Positions 32,801-48,090 of a stretch of 64,000 bases of DNA are shown in pieces (position 1 is the stretch's first letter; every line of letters begins with the position of its first letter). A model generated the notes under the pieces. It ran no database searches. It saw only the letters and a list, made by a program, of their open reading frames with translations, and was not told the DNA's origin. The translations under genes and the position numbers were made by a program. The DNA lies in assembly GCA_965240325.2 (NCBI GenBank), contig OZ251227.1, forward strand, positions 2,294,001-2,358,000. Direction: 5' to 3'. This stretch comes from Rebecca billardiae RCC1528. Taxonomy: Eukaryota; Protista; Haptophyta.

Positions 32801-34064
32801 GCCGCCACCGCCGAGCCCGGCGCCGCCGCCCGGGCTCAGCGGAATCGCAGCGCCGCGGCGGCGCGGCCGCGCGGCAAGGAGCTCGTTGGTGTGTTCAAGC
32901 CAGCTGCGCGCGAGCGCGGCGCGCGGGCTGCGCGCGTAGCCGGGCGCGTCGTCGTCGTCGTCGGCGGCGGCGAGGCCCTCGTGCTCGTCCGCGCCGGACC
33001 ACCAGCGCGGCGTGCCGCCGCGCGCGCCGCTCGCCTCGCCGCCGCCCGCCGCCACGCCGCGGCCGGCCGCGGCGCCGGCGCGCGCCGACTGCGGTGACAC
33101 GGAGCGCGCGCGCGCGGCGTGCGCGCGGCGCGCGCGGCCCTCGGAGGCGTGGAGGCGCGAGATGAGGAGCTGCCCGTCGCCGTCCTCCCCGTCGATCTCC
33201 GCCGAGCCGAGCAGCGCGTCGTCGTGCGCCGCCGCCGCCGCCCCCGCCTCGGGCTCGCGCTCGCGCTCGGGCGCGCGCGGCGCGGCGCGAGGAGGGATCG
33301 CGCCGCCGCCGCCGCCGCCGCCGTGCTGCGCGTCGCGCGCGCGAGGCGGGGGCGGCGGCTGCCGCGCCGCGTCGCGCGCGCGCGGCGAGGGCGAGCGCTC
33401 CGCGCGCTCCTCTGCGCCCACGCGCGCCTCCGCCGCCGCCGACTCCGCCGTCGCCTGCTCGACGTGCGCGCGCACGTGGCCGGCGAGCGCCTCGTGCGCG
33501 GCGGGCGGCAGGTCGTGCTCGGCGGCAAAGGTGGCGGCGAGCACCTCGGGCTCGTCGCCCTCGCGGATCTCGATCGAGGCCGAGCGCCCGTCACCGATAT
33601 CAATGCTCATGATCAGCAGCAGCCTCGCCTCATCGCCGCCGGCCTCGCGCTCGGCCGGCGGCGGCGGCGCCGCGGCGGGCGGCGGCGGCGGCGCTGGCTC
33701 GGCTGGCGGCGCCGGCGACTCGGCGCGTGGTGAGCCTGCGCGAGCGGCGACGGCGCGCGTTCGCGCCGCGTGCGGCGAGTGAGCGCATGCGGCGCGGGTG
33801 CGCTCGCCTGCCCCCGGGCCGCGCGCGCCGTGCGCGCGCCGCGCGCGCGCGCTCGCGCGCACGTCCGCGCTCGGCGGCGGCGAGCTCGAGCGGCGCGCCG
33901 GGCGCAGCGGCAGCGTCGCCGCGCGGCGGCTCGAGGCGCGAGGCGATCGAGCGGCGCAGACGATTCTCCGCCTGCTCGATCCGATGGATCAGCGCCCGCG
34001 TCGACATCGCGCCCCCGGCCTCCTCGCCCAGCTCGGCGGGCTCGGCGGGGTCGTCGGCGGCCAT
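29872..34064 (-). CDS. Hypothetical coiled-coil protein with TFxP repeats (4 exons; introns 30161-30270, 30767-30885, 33736-33862)
   Basis: Small N-terminal domain LIMSIDIGDGRSASIEIREGDEPEVLAATFAAEHDL; repeats ECTFRPRL, LTFAPAL, VTFAPRL of the kind seen in protist cytoskeleton-associated proteins; all three introns keep the frame. Confidence 0.7.
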
Positions 34065-34881
34065 GTTTGAAAGTCGCGGCGTGTCGCGCGAGTCCGAATC
34101 CGGACTCAGACGTACGTCCGGCCAAAACGGTTACAATCATGCGCGCTGCGTGGCCAGGGCGGGGTACCGATGGAGCGTTCGTTGGAACTTGACGCCGGTT
34201 TGGCGCCCGCGCGGCGAGGGCGACGACGGGCGTACACGGGGCCCGCGGCGGCGGGAAGCGCGCGGGCGCGGCCGAGAACGGCACGGTCCGGACGCCTCTG
34301 GCTAGCCGCGGACGCGCACCGCGCCTCCTCCTCGCACGCTGCTAACTTGATCCGGGTTAAACGGTGGTTTTGCTGCCGACCAGCTCAAGTTCCACGGCTG
34401 GTCAAGGTTCGGCTTGCGACCTCGCCGCTGGTGCTTGCAAGAAGGTACACGAGTTGGTCGAACTCCCACGCACCCGCTCTGCGCTCGTCGACGCCCTCTG
34501 AAGGTGACTCGGGGTGCATGCGGGGCAGTGGAATGCAGTGGTTCGGCGTTGCCTCTCAGTCGTCCAGCGCGCAGGCCATGTAGCGCGGGTGTGGTGCGCG
34601 CATGGCCCGGTAATTCGGTCGCGGCATGTCTCTCTGGGCTGCCCAAGGCCTGCCGCACCGCGAAGCGAGCGCTCAGGAGCGTGTGCCGACCGTGCCAGCC
34701 CCGCCGAGATGGGGCACTTCGCTGGGAAATGCGGTGTCAAGTTCCACCCCCGAGGGCTCAAGTTCCGACGAGCGCTCCATACCTATGGGGGTAAAAAGCG
34801 GGGTACGAAAAGAAAGGTTCGTCGACGAAACCCAAAGCGCTTCGGCTGGTACAGATCATAGAATCGGTACAGCAGGTAAAT

Positions 34882-35927
34882 TCTGGAAACCCACGAGAAC
34901 AAAGGCACGACTTCACGCTGGGGACCAGCCCGTCGCACCCCTTTTTTTGACGCCCTCTTACCACCCGCCCATCCATCCATCCACCGGGTCACATAAGCGC
35001 AATTCGCGTACCCACTTACGCGCTCGATAGGACAAAAACCGCTCGTCGTTCGGTCGAAAGCCGCTCGTCGTTCGGCGCTTTGCGTACTCACATTCGCGCG
35101 AATCGCATCGTGTCGCGAGTTCACATTTGACATTCGCACGATCCGTCACTTTCTCGCTAGACAATTCACGAGCGAAAGGGCGCGCTGATAGCGGCACGCG
35201 GGTATCATCTTGCATTGGACTACGAGCATCGGAGAAACCTCGCGCGGCCTCGCGTCGACGACGTCCCGTGAAGGACGACAAGGCGGAGAGCCCACGCTAA
35301 GGGTCGCCCTTGCGATTGACGTCTCGTTCGGTCGCGCGACGAGCGGCTCGCGTGCGGCGCCAAGCGAGAGACGCGGGGCGCGCGGCGGGCGCACGCGCGA
35401 GGCTGCCCACCACGCGCACGCACGCGACCCCGCCGGCTCGGGCGACACGCCGCCGCCTCAGCTCGAGCACGATCGCGAGGCGTGGCGCCGGCTCGGTGGG
35501 CGGCGGACGGCTCGACCTGCACTGCGGTGCCAGCGGATGAAGCGGCAAGCCCGGCGGGCGCATACGCGCAGGTCCGCCCTCCACGCGTGAGCGCGCGACT
35601 GCGTGTTCCACGAGCTGCAGCAGGCGGCCGCGGGCTGGTCGGCGGCCGGCGAGGTCGGCGGAGTGCCGCCCGGCCCGCGTTCTCGCTTGGGCGCGGGCCA
35701 CACTCTCACTCACAGCGCGGGGCGTGGTGCTGCGGACGGGCCGGTCATTGCAGCGCGCACTCCGTGGTCAGACGTGCACACCTGCGCGCGTCGTCAGCCC
35801 CGTCGCTGCGCCCCTGTGGCGCCGTTGGCAGCGTCGGAATTCCGAGCTCGGGCCACCGGCCCGGCGTGCCATCGTGCGTTTCAGAAACAGGTTTCCAGCC
35901 CAAGTTGACGCGCAGCGCCAACCCATA
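34882..35927 (+). mobile_element. Non-autonomous Helentron/Helitron2-like repeat, copy 1 (1046 bp)
   Basis: 5' TCTGGAAACC.. and imperfect ~50-bp inverted partner ending GGTTTCCAG at 35898; hairpin GTTGACGCGCAGCGCCAAC 35904-35922; ends CCCATA; flanked T|T; direct repeat of 40642-41700. Confidence 0.75.
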
Positions 35928-38900
35928 TATATCGCTCCGCATGGCCGACTAGGATGGCGCACGCCCGCACCGCGTTCCCCCGCCCCTCGTGGCAGCCCAT
36001 CCTGATCAGCCTTGCGCTGTCTTCGACCACGGCCGCTCTCGGCCTCACCGCTGAGACCGGCATGTCCCAGTCCAACTTGCTCGCCTTCGTCCAGGGCGAG
36101 GACTCGCTTCCTGCTCAGGACGAACAGTTTGGCAAACAACTCGAGGTCTCGTATGACAACTACTTCCGGTACTTCGACATGTTCAACTTCAACACGATGC
36201 GGTCCAACAGGTACTCCATGTCCAAAGAGGCGTCGCTCTTTGTGATGGAGCACTTACCTGGCTCGACGCCATCTCCAACCACTGAAGACCCTGATGACGA
36301 CGATGCACGCGTGCGCGACGCTCTCCGGCGCTACCGCACATCAAACGTGCACGGCCTACACCCTGACAAGTTCTACAGCCTGACAAATACTACGACTGGG
36401 GGCGTCCAGCCCCCATACCTCGGCATCGAGCACGAGTACATGCTCGACGTCGTACGCCAGCTGGCCGAGTGCGCCAAGGGAACCCTCAGGGACGGGCATC
36501 ACAACAACACGCCCTTCCCCCCTCCGTTCCCACAACAGCGCTACACTCGGTCAGCGGGCCCCGATGGCGGGCCGTCCCTCTTCGAGCTGCACGTGCTGCG
36601 CGCCGCCGCGCAGCGCTCGCAGTCGCCCGCGGCTGGTACGTCCTACCAGCGCCGCTGGCACTCGCTCTGGGAGGGGGCCGCTCGGGACCTCCCAGGCGCC
36701 GAGCGCGCACATCGCCCCTTCGAGGCGCAGCAGCGCGGTGACTACGACCTGGCCGGTGCCCCCGGCACGACACCTCCGTTCAACGGTGGTGCCGGTGCGG
36801 GTAACGCCGGCCGGGGCGGCGGTCACGGCGGCGGTCGCGGCGGCGCGCGCGACGGCGGTCGCGGCGGTCGCGGCGGCGCGCGCGGCCGCGGCGGCCGCGG
36901 TGCGGCGCGCGACGGCGGTCGCGGCGCTGCGCGCGGCAGCGGCGGGCGCGGCGGCGCACGCGGAGGCGCTGCACCGCACGAGCGCCCACCACCGGAGGAC
37001 GGCACCGACGCGCACGGCCACCGGAAGCGGCGCCGCACGGAGACATCGGAGGAGCCGACCATGCCGCCGCCGCTGCCGCGCGCGGCTGGCCAGCCCACCT
37101 GCTCCAAGTTCGCGGCGGTCGACCACCTCTCGACCTGGCAGGCGGCCGGGCTCGAGCAGGGATCGACAGTCAAGACGATCAAGTCTGTGCCCTTCATGCT
37201 GCGCGAGCGCTGGGCACGCATCACCGCGGACACCATGTTGGCGGTGACCGAGGCCGAGCCGGACAGCCTCGAGCAGACGCGCGCGCTCAAGGTGCTGACG
37301 CTCCTGCCCGGGCTCCTGCTGTGGCAGCCTCTGCGCGGGGGCCGCGGCCGCGCGACGCGGACCATCGAGCGCCGCTTCGGCTTGTGGGACCGCGGGGAGC
37401 TCGACACGCTCGTCGACGAGTGGGCGCAGGAGTGCCGCCGCTCCGCTGACCAGGCCGCCGTGGGGGGCGGCGAGGGGCTGGGAGACGCGCAGCGCGAGGT
37501 CAAGCGCGCCACCGAGCTGCTGGCGAAGGGCGAGGTCTCGGCGGCGGCGCGGCTGCTCGAGAGCCACGGCCTGGCTAGCATGCAGGACCAGGCCGTACAG
37601 GCGCAGATGCGCGCGAAGCATCCGCAGCGCACGTACTCGCTCGACGGCGTCCTCGACGACGACGCCCTCGACGACGCCGCCGAGTTCATCATCACGGCCG
37701 ACGACATTAAGGAGGTGTACCGCGGCCTGCCGCGCGAGAAGGCGGCTGGGGCGTCGGCGTGGCGGTTTGAGTACCTCACGGCCGTCGCGCCGACCGTGGA
37801 CTTCCCCGACGACAAGGCCGCCAGCGCCCCCGAGGCGCACGCCGCGTTCGCGACGCTCTTCCTCAACAACCGGCTCCCGGGCTGGTTCAACCTCACCTTT
37901 GCGTCCGTGCGGCTCATCCCCGTGCGCAAGCGCGCCGCGAGCGCGGCCGGCGCAGAGGACGCGCGTCCGGTGGGTATCTCGTGCGGCCTCCGCCGCGCGC
38001 TTACGCGCTGCCTGCTCCGACGCGCGGACGTCAAGGAGATGCTGGAGTCGTACCTCGCCCCCCTGCAGCTCGGCGTCGCTGTCCCGTCGGGCGGCACGAA
38101 GCTCGTCTTTGCGATTCGCGAGCTGCTGGACGCGCACCCGGACTGGGTTCTGATCTCGTGCGACATCCGGAACGCCTTCAACGCGACGCTCCGCCGGTCG
38201 ATCATCCGCGCGGTGTCGACGGCCGGCGAGCTGTCGGCGCTGACGCCGCTCGCGCTCGCGATGCTCGCTCCCAAGGCGCGCGTCTTCGACGGCGGTGGCG
38301 GCACTGGCCAGCCCATTCGGCAGCTCGACTTCCTCAGCGAGGAGGGCGTGCAGCAGGGCTCGGTCGAGGCAGCGGCCTTCTTTGCGATCGCGCTCCAGCC
38401 GCACCTGCGCGCGCTGGACGAGCGGCTGCAGCCGTGCGGGGGCGCCGCACGCGCGGGCCACGACGATGTGAGCATCATCGGCCCGCCGTCCGAGGCCTTC
38501 CGTGCCCTCCACGAGTTCGCCGCCGCCGTGAAGGACTCGCTCGGCCTGGAGCTGCAGGTCGCCAAGACCAAGTGCTACATCCACCCGGAGTACGACCACC
38601 TGCTGGACGAGCACCGGGGCGACGTGCCGCGCGGCACGCTGACGGACGCAGACGGCGTCGCTCACCACGGCGTCACGGTGTATGGCGTGCCCGTCGGGAC
38701 CGAGGGCTACGTGGCCACCCACCTCTCTGACAAGTGTGCCGAGATCGCTGGCATCTCGAACAAGCTGATCAACAGGCTCGGCTCGGCGCACAAGCAGGGG
38801 CTGTGGGTGCTCACGCACTACTCGACCTCGACGAAGCTCGACTACTTCCTCCGCCACATCGAGCCCGACGCCACCGCCGAGGCGTGTGAGCGGTTTGACG

Positions 38901-40641
38901 CTATCATCCTCCGGCAGGCCGGCGTCGCGCTCGGCTTCCCCACCGACGACCAGCTCGACGACATCATGCTGCAGCGGCTCCGCCTGCCCGTCCGCCTGGG
39001 GGGGCTCGCCCTGCGCTCGGCGGCGCAGCGGGCACCCGCCGCCTTCTGGGCGGGGGCCCACGCCGCTGTTCCCGCGTTCCTCGACCGCCACGCCCCCATG
39101 CAGGGCGGCGTCGCCGTGCACGGCGTCCTCGAGCGCGACTCCATCGTCGCGCGCGTGGGCCGTGACGCGTTCGTGGACATGCGCGCCGCCGGATGGCGCC
39201 AGTTTCTGCAGTCGGGCTCGGCGCTCGGGCGGACGCTCGCGACCATCTGGGAGCGCCTCCAGCTCGCCGAGCAGGAGGCGCCAGCTGTGCCCAACCGGCA
39301 GCCTTACTGCGTGCTCCACCTCCCGGCGGGTCAGGTGGCACCCACGGCACGCCGGGCTGTGGACGGCACCGTCTACTACAGCCTCGCCAAGGACATCACG
39401 GAGGACGTCGAGAACACCCACGGCTGGCTCCTGCGGCGGCAGCTCAGCTCTCTCTCTCGGGACGACCGCCGTGTGCACCTCATCCAGAACGTGGACCGTG
39501 CCTCACTCGCGTTCGTGGGCGCGCTCCCGATCGGCAGCGCGGCGGTCCACCACCAGGGTGAGTGGCTTGAGATCGCGGCGCGCGCGCTCGGGATCCCCAG
39601 CCCGGTCTGCGCGCCGCTGGCCCAGGCCGGGGCGTACGTGCCCACGCGCTCGGGTCCCGGCATCCGGGTGGACGCGTACGGCGACGCGCTCCTCAGCGCG
39701 TCCGGCCGCAACGCGCTCCCCGGCGACCACGTCGCACGCTACCGGCACGACCCGGTGATCCGCGTGCTGGCGGGGTTCTTCCGCACGTACGCCGGTGTGT
39801 ACGCCGTGCCGGAGGACACCTGGATCTTCGGCTCGGTGCACGCCCAGTCCACCGCCCAGGCGCAGGCGGTGCTCGGCACGGACCGCAAGCGCGTGCCGGT
39901 GGTGGACCTGAGTGCCGAGGTGCACGGCAACTGTACCCTGTTCGAGGTCAAGACCATCTCGCTGAGCCCGTCGCGCTACAGGGTGAGCGACGGCCGCAAC
40001 GGTGCGGTGCGCCACCGCGCGGAACTCGTCCCGCGCGAGCGGCGCAAGCAGCTGCAGCTCCTCGACCGCGAGGTCTATGGCACGCTTGAGGGCCAGGTGG
40101 GCCCATACGAGGCGCGGCTCGACACCTTCCCCGCGATCGTCCCGATTGTCGTGGGGGCGTTCGGCGAGTGGAGCGCGGAGGTGGACCTCACCCTCAAGAA
40201 GATCGCCAAGATGGGGCGGGACACGTGGCGCGCGCGCCTCAGCGCGCCCTCGCGCCCCGCCGCCGAGCGCGCGCTGCTCGGCACCATGCGGCGCGAGCTG
40301 GGCATGCGCTGCCTGCGTGGCCAGGCCAAGATGCTCATCGCCCGCGCGCGCATGGCGCACGTGCGCCCGGGGGCACGCGCCCGCGGGGGCACTGCGTACG
40401 ACGACTGCTTCGAGACGACGGCTGACGACGCGTGGCACCGCGACCACCGCGGTGGCGCGCGCGCGTCGACGCCAGACGGTGCGTCGAGCTTCCGCTCGGC
40501 GATGGAGTGATGGGCGACTACGAGGGGGGGGGGGACGACGGCGAGGAGCGCTGATCCTGGTGTTTGTCTCTGCTGCTCGATCTGCCGCTACAGCTTGCTG
40601 ACTCTGACGCCTGCCCGTTGCATACCACGTCGTTAATATAT
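35928..40641 (+). mobile_element. CRE-clade (RLE-type) non-LTR retrotransposon body
   Basis: Single long RT-RLE ORF with 26 nt before the ATG and ~130 nt after the stop; ATATAT at both junctions; no poly-A tail. Confidence 0.85.
35954..40510 (+). CDS. CRE-like non-LTR retrotransposon polyprotein (RGG region, reverse transcriptase, restriction-like endonuclease), 1518 aa, intact
   Basis: AAGASAWRFEYL, RLIPVRK..RPVGIS, QLGVAVPSGG, DIRNAFN, GVQQGS, AGHDD, GLELQVAKT, GVPVG, LRLPVRLGGLAL; C-terminal RHD..PVVD..FEVKT and PIVVGAFGEW. Confidence 0.93.
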   Translation: MAHARTAFPRPSWQPILISLALSSTTAALGLTAETGMSQSNLLAFVQGEDSLPAQDEQFGKQLEVSYDNYFRYFDMFNFNTMRSNRYSMSKEASLFVMEHLPGSTPSPTTEDPDDDDARVRDALRRYRTSNVHGLHPDKFYSLTNTTTGGVQPPYLGIEHEYMLDVVRQLAECAKGTLRDGHHNNTPFPPPFPQQRYTRSAGPDGGPSLFELHVLRAAAQRSQSPAAGTSYQRRWHSLWEGAARDLPGAERAHRPFEAQQRGDYDLAGAPGTTPPFNGGAGAGNAGRGGGHGGGRGGARDGGRGGRGGARGRGGRGAARDGGRGAARGSGGRGGARGGAAPHERPPPEDGTDAHGHRKRRRTETSEEPTMPPPLPRAAGQPTCSKFAAVDHLSTWQAAGLEQGSTVKTIKSVPFMLRERWARITADTMLAVTEAEPDSLEQTRALKVLTLLPGLLLWQPLRGGRGRATRTIERRFGLWDRGELDTLVDEWAQECRRSADQAAVGGGEGLGDAQREVKRATELLAKGEVSAAARLLESHGLASMQDQAVQAQMRAKHPQRTYSLDGVLDDDALDDAAEFIITADDIKEVYRGLPREKAAGASAWRFEYLTAVAPTVDFPDDKAASAPEAHAAFATLFLNNRLPGWFNLTFASVRLIPVRKRAASAAGAEDARPVGISCGLRRALTRCLLRRADVKEMLESYLAPLQLGVAVPSGGTKLVFAIRELLDAHPDWVLISCDIRNAFNATLRRSIIRAVSTAGELSALTPLALAMLAPKARVFDGGGGTGQPIRQLDFLSEEGVQQGSVEAAAFFAIALQPHLRALDERLQPCGGAARAGHDDVSIIGPPSEAFRALHEFAAAVKDSLGLELQVAKTKCYIHPEYDHLLDEHRGDVPRGTLTDADGVAHHGVTVYGVPVGTEGYVATHLSDKCAEIAGISNKLINRLGSAHKQGLWVLTHYSTSTKLDYFLRHIEPDATAEACERFDAIILRQAGVALGFPTDDQLDDIMLQRLRLPVRLGGLALRSAAQRAPAAFWAGAHAAVPAFLDRHAPMQGGVAVHGVLERDSIVARVGRDAFVDMRAAGWRQFLQSGSALGRTLATIWERLQLAEQEAPAVPNRQPYCVLHLPAGQVAPTARRAVDGTVYYSLAKDITEDVENTHGWLLRRQLSSLSRDDRRVHLIQNVDRASLAFVGALPIGSAAVHHQGEWLEIAARALGIPSPVCAPLAQAGAYVPTRSGPGIRVDAYGDALLSASGRNALPGDHVARYRHDPVIRVLAGFFRTYAGVYAVPEDTWIFGSVHAQSTAQAQAVLGTDRKRVPVVDLSAEVHGNCTLFEVKTISLSPSRYRVSDGRNGAVRHRAELVPRERRKQLQLLDREVYGTLEGQVGPYEARLDTFPAIVPIVVGAFGEWSAEVDLTLKKIAKMGRDTWRARLSAPSRPAAERALLGTMRRELGMRCLRGQAKMLIARARMAHVRPGARARGGTAYDDCFETTADDAWHRDHRGGARASTPDGASSFRSAME

Positions 40642-41700
40642 TCTGGAAACCCACGAGAACAAAGGCACGACTTCACGCTGGGGACCAGCCCGTCGCAGGC
40701 CTTTTTTGACGCCCCTTCTAACCACCCAGTTTGTTTGTAGCCCACCGGGTCACATAAGCGGAATTCGCGTACCCACTTACGCGCTCGATAGGACAAAACC
40801 CGCTCGTCGTTCGGTCAAAAGCCGCTCGTCGTTCGGCGCTTTGCGTACTCACATTCGCGCGAATCGCATCGGCCCATTCGTCGTGTCGCGAGTTCACACT
40901 TCACATTCACACGATCCGTCACTTTCTCGCTAGACATTTCACGAGCAAAGGGGCGCGCTGATATTGGCACGCGGGTATCATCTTGCATTGGACTACGAGC
41001 ATCGGAGCAACCGCGCCTCGCATCGACGACGTCCCGTGAAGGACGACAAGGCGGAGAGCCCACGCCATTCCAAGGGTCGCCCTTGCGATTGACGTCTCGT
41101 TCGGTCGCGCGACGAGCGGCTCGCGTGCGGCGCCAAGCGAGAGACGCGGGGCGCGCGGCGGGCGCACGCGCGAGGCTGCCCACCACGCGCACGCACGCGA
41201 CCCCGCCGGCTCGGGCGACACGCCGCCGCCTCAGCTCGAGCACGAGCGCGAGGCGTGGCGCCGGCTCGGTGGGCGGCGGACGGCTCGACCTGCACTGCGG
41301 TGCCAGCGGATGAAGCGGCAAGCCCGGCGGGCGCATACGCGCAGGTCCGCCCTCCACGCGCGAGCGCGCGACTGCGTGTTCCACGAGCTGCAGCAGGCGG
41401 CCGCGGGCTGGTCGGCGGCCGGCGAGGTCGGCGGAGTGCCGCCCGGCCCGCGTTCTCGCTTGGGCGCGGGCCACACTCTCACTCACAGCGCGGGGCGTGG
41501 TGCTGCGGACGGGCCAGTCATTGCAGCGCGCACTCCGTGGTCAGACGTGCACACGCGCGCGCGTCGTCAGCCCCGCCGCTGCGCCCCTGTGGCGCCGTTG
41601 GCAACGTCGGAATTCCGAGCTCGGGCTACCGGCCCGGCGTGCCATCATGCGTTTCAGAAACAGGTTTCCAGCCCAAGTTGACGCGCAGCGCCAACCCATA
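40642..41700 (+). mobile_element. Non-autonomous Helentron/Helitron2-like repeat, copy 2 (1059 bp)
   Basis: Same termini, sub-TIR and hairpin as 34882-35927; highly similar, with differences concentrated in the 5' half; flanked T|T. Confidence 0.75.
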
Positions 41701-42705
41701 TCTTGGTACCAAAGAAGGGAATCTTGCCTGTTTTGACCGCCAATCGCGGACGCGGTCAAAGCCGCTCGACCCAACCTTGGGTGGGTTAGCCCAGTTAGCT
41801 GGGTTCGCACGACTTACTTACCGCGACCGCGCGGGGTGGATATCCCTTCAATCTTCCTCCTACCCCTAAAATACGACGAACCTACAAATGTGGGTCAGGC
41901 GTTGGTCTCGGAAACGTCCCTGTTCTTCTGGTCATTGATCGACCTGCTTCTAAAACCAACGGGACGGGACCTCCTTCGACGAATTTGGAGCACCTTCCTG
42001 CAGTATGAATCATACCGACAGGGGTAAATACTGCCAATTGATCGGCGAGCGACTGACCCTACACCCAACACCGCGGCTTCCGCGTCACCCAGAAAAGCTG
42101 ATAGCGAGCGCCCACGAGGAACCGGGTTAATCAAGGAGATGCGCATGTAGCTTTTCCGAGATTACTTGCAATCCGTTGATTTTTTCATTACTTGTCATCA
42201 CAACCACGAGTTTGTTCCCATATCCATCTGTGTAACCATATATCATAACTATATATGGGAAGGTCATTAATATGGGAATGTTATTACACCTGCCCCCAAT
42301 TTGTTTAGAATATGGAGAATGTTTCAATTGGCACCCACTTTGCTCATCAATTCGTTTGCTCCAACCACAATTACTATTGCACAAGCCCGCTTGGTTCCTG
42401 ACAATGCCGCGATGCGATGCGCCGATGGATATAGGCCGAAAAAAAGGCCTACCATAGGCCAATTGACTATTTTAGGCGATTTTCGCCGGTTCGCTCAAAA
42501 GTCGTTCAGCTCAGGTCCCTCCACCCTCTCATAAAGACTCCCAGCTTGCGCCAGTGGCGCGGGGCGCCTCACCATAAAACTCAAAAGGGGCCTCCCCGCC
42601 AACGAGTTCATAAAGTAAGCGCGTCATGATGAACAATTATATTATTGGCAATTATCGCCCGATGGCGGCTGTCGACACCGCTCTGTTCGGCTGCCCGGCG
42701 CGCGG

Positions 42706-47250
<4,545 letters not shown>

Positions 47251-48090
47251 CGTGCAAGGCACAAATATCGTGTAGTTGAAATCGGCCGGTCGACCGGGCC
47301 AACCGGCAACCAAGGGCCTTGTGCGCCAAACGCTTTCCTGCGCATGCAAGAGAGCCGACTTATCGGACTGCCGCCGGGCAACGTGGCGTCGGCCCGAGGC
47401 AAATAAAGCCGCTTGGCAAGGGGTTGACGCGGCCCCAAAAGACGCGCGCCTGCACCTCTCACACCCACCCGCACGGAGCCCTGACGACGAGAGGGGCAAT
47501 AGGAGGGAGGTGTTTTTTGATTTTTGGGCCGGCTTTTGTCGCCTGGGTGCGCTTTTTAACCGGAACAGCTTGACGCTGAAACGAAAGAAACTTCAGAGCA
47601 CTTGATTTCGCTAAAAAGTCGAATCATCATCATCAGGTTCAGCAACCGCGACTTGTTGGCGGGTGAACGGTTGGAAAGCCCTGATGGAATCCTAGTTTGG
47701 CGCCGGGCGGAAGATGCGGCGGACGGACGAGCTATGATCATGTCATCGGCGGCGGGTTCGTGCAATCAGTCCCCTCTAGCTGCACCTGTTCGGAAAGAGC
47801 TACGGCGGAGGTTGGGTGAAAGGTGAAAGCACCGGTTGGATTCTTTAAAATCAATCAGGAGAAGACGCTCGAAAGCGCCCGAGCAGTAAGAAGCGTCTCA
47901 CCCTCCCGGTAAAAACCGTTTGCAAAGTGAACGGGGCGACCGCCCGGGGTTCACCGTCGTAGTAAAGATGGTAATCACGCTTGGGGGATCTTCGGCCGGA
48001 AGGTCCAGCCCGGGTGTTGGGAGAAGCAACCAGCACAGGGAAAACACTCCCGCACGCAAACACCTGCCTCCTCCCGCGAGGCCACACATC

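Noticed and set aside
34882-34950. snRNA, spliced-leader or tRNA gene as the retroelement target (T-run after a structured 5' end)
   Set aside because: No resemblance to U1, U2, U5, U6, 5S or tRNA that I can recognise, and the structure is explained by the inverted termini. An Infernal/Rfam scan would be needed to exclude it fully.
34882-41700. Classical LTR retrotransposon or DIRS element
   Set aside because: The repeats lack TG..CA ends and a flanking TSD; the ORF has CRE-type RT and RLE motifs with no recognisable gag, protease, RNase H, integrase or tyrosine recombinase.
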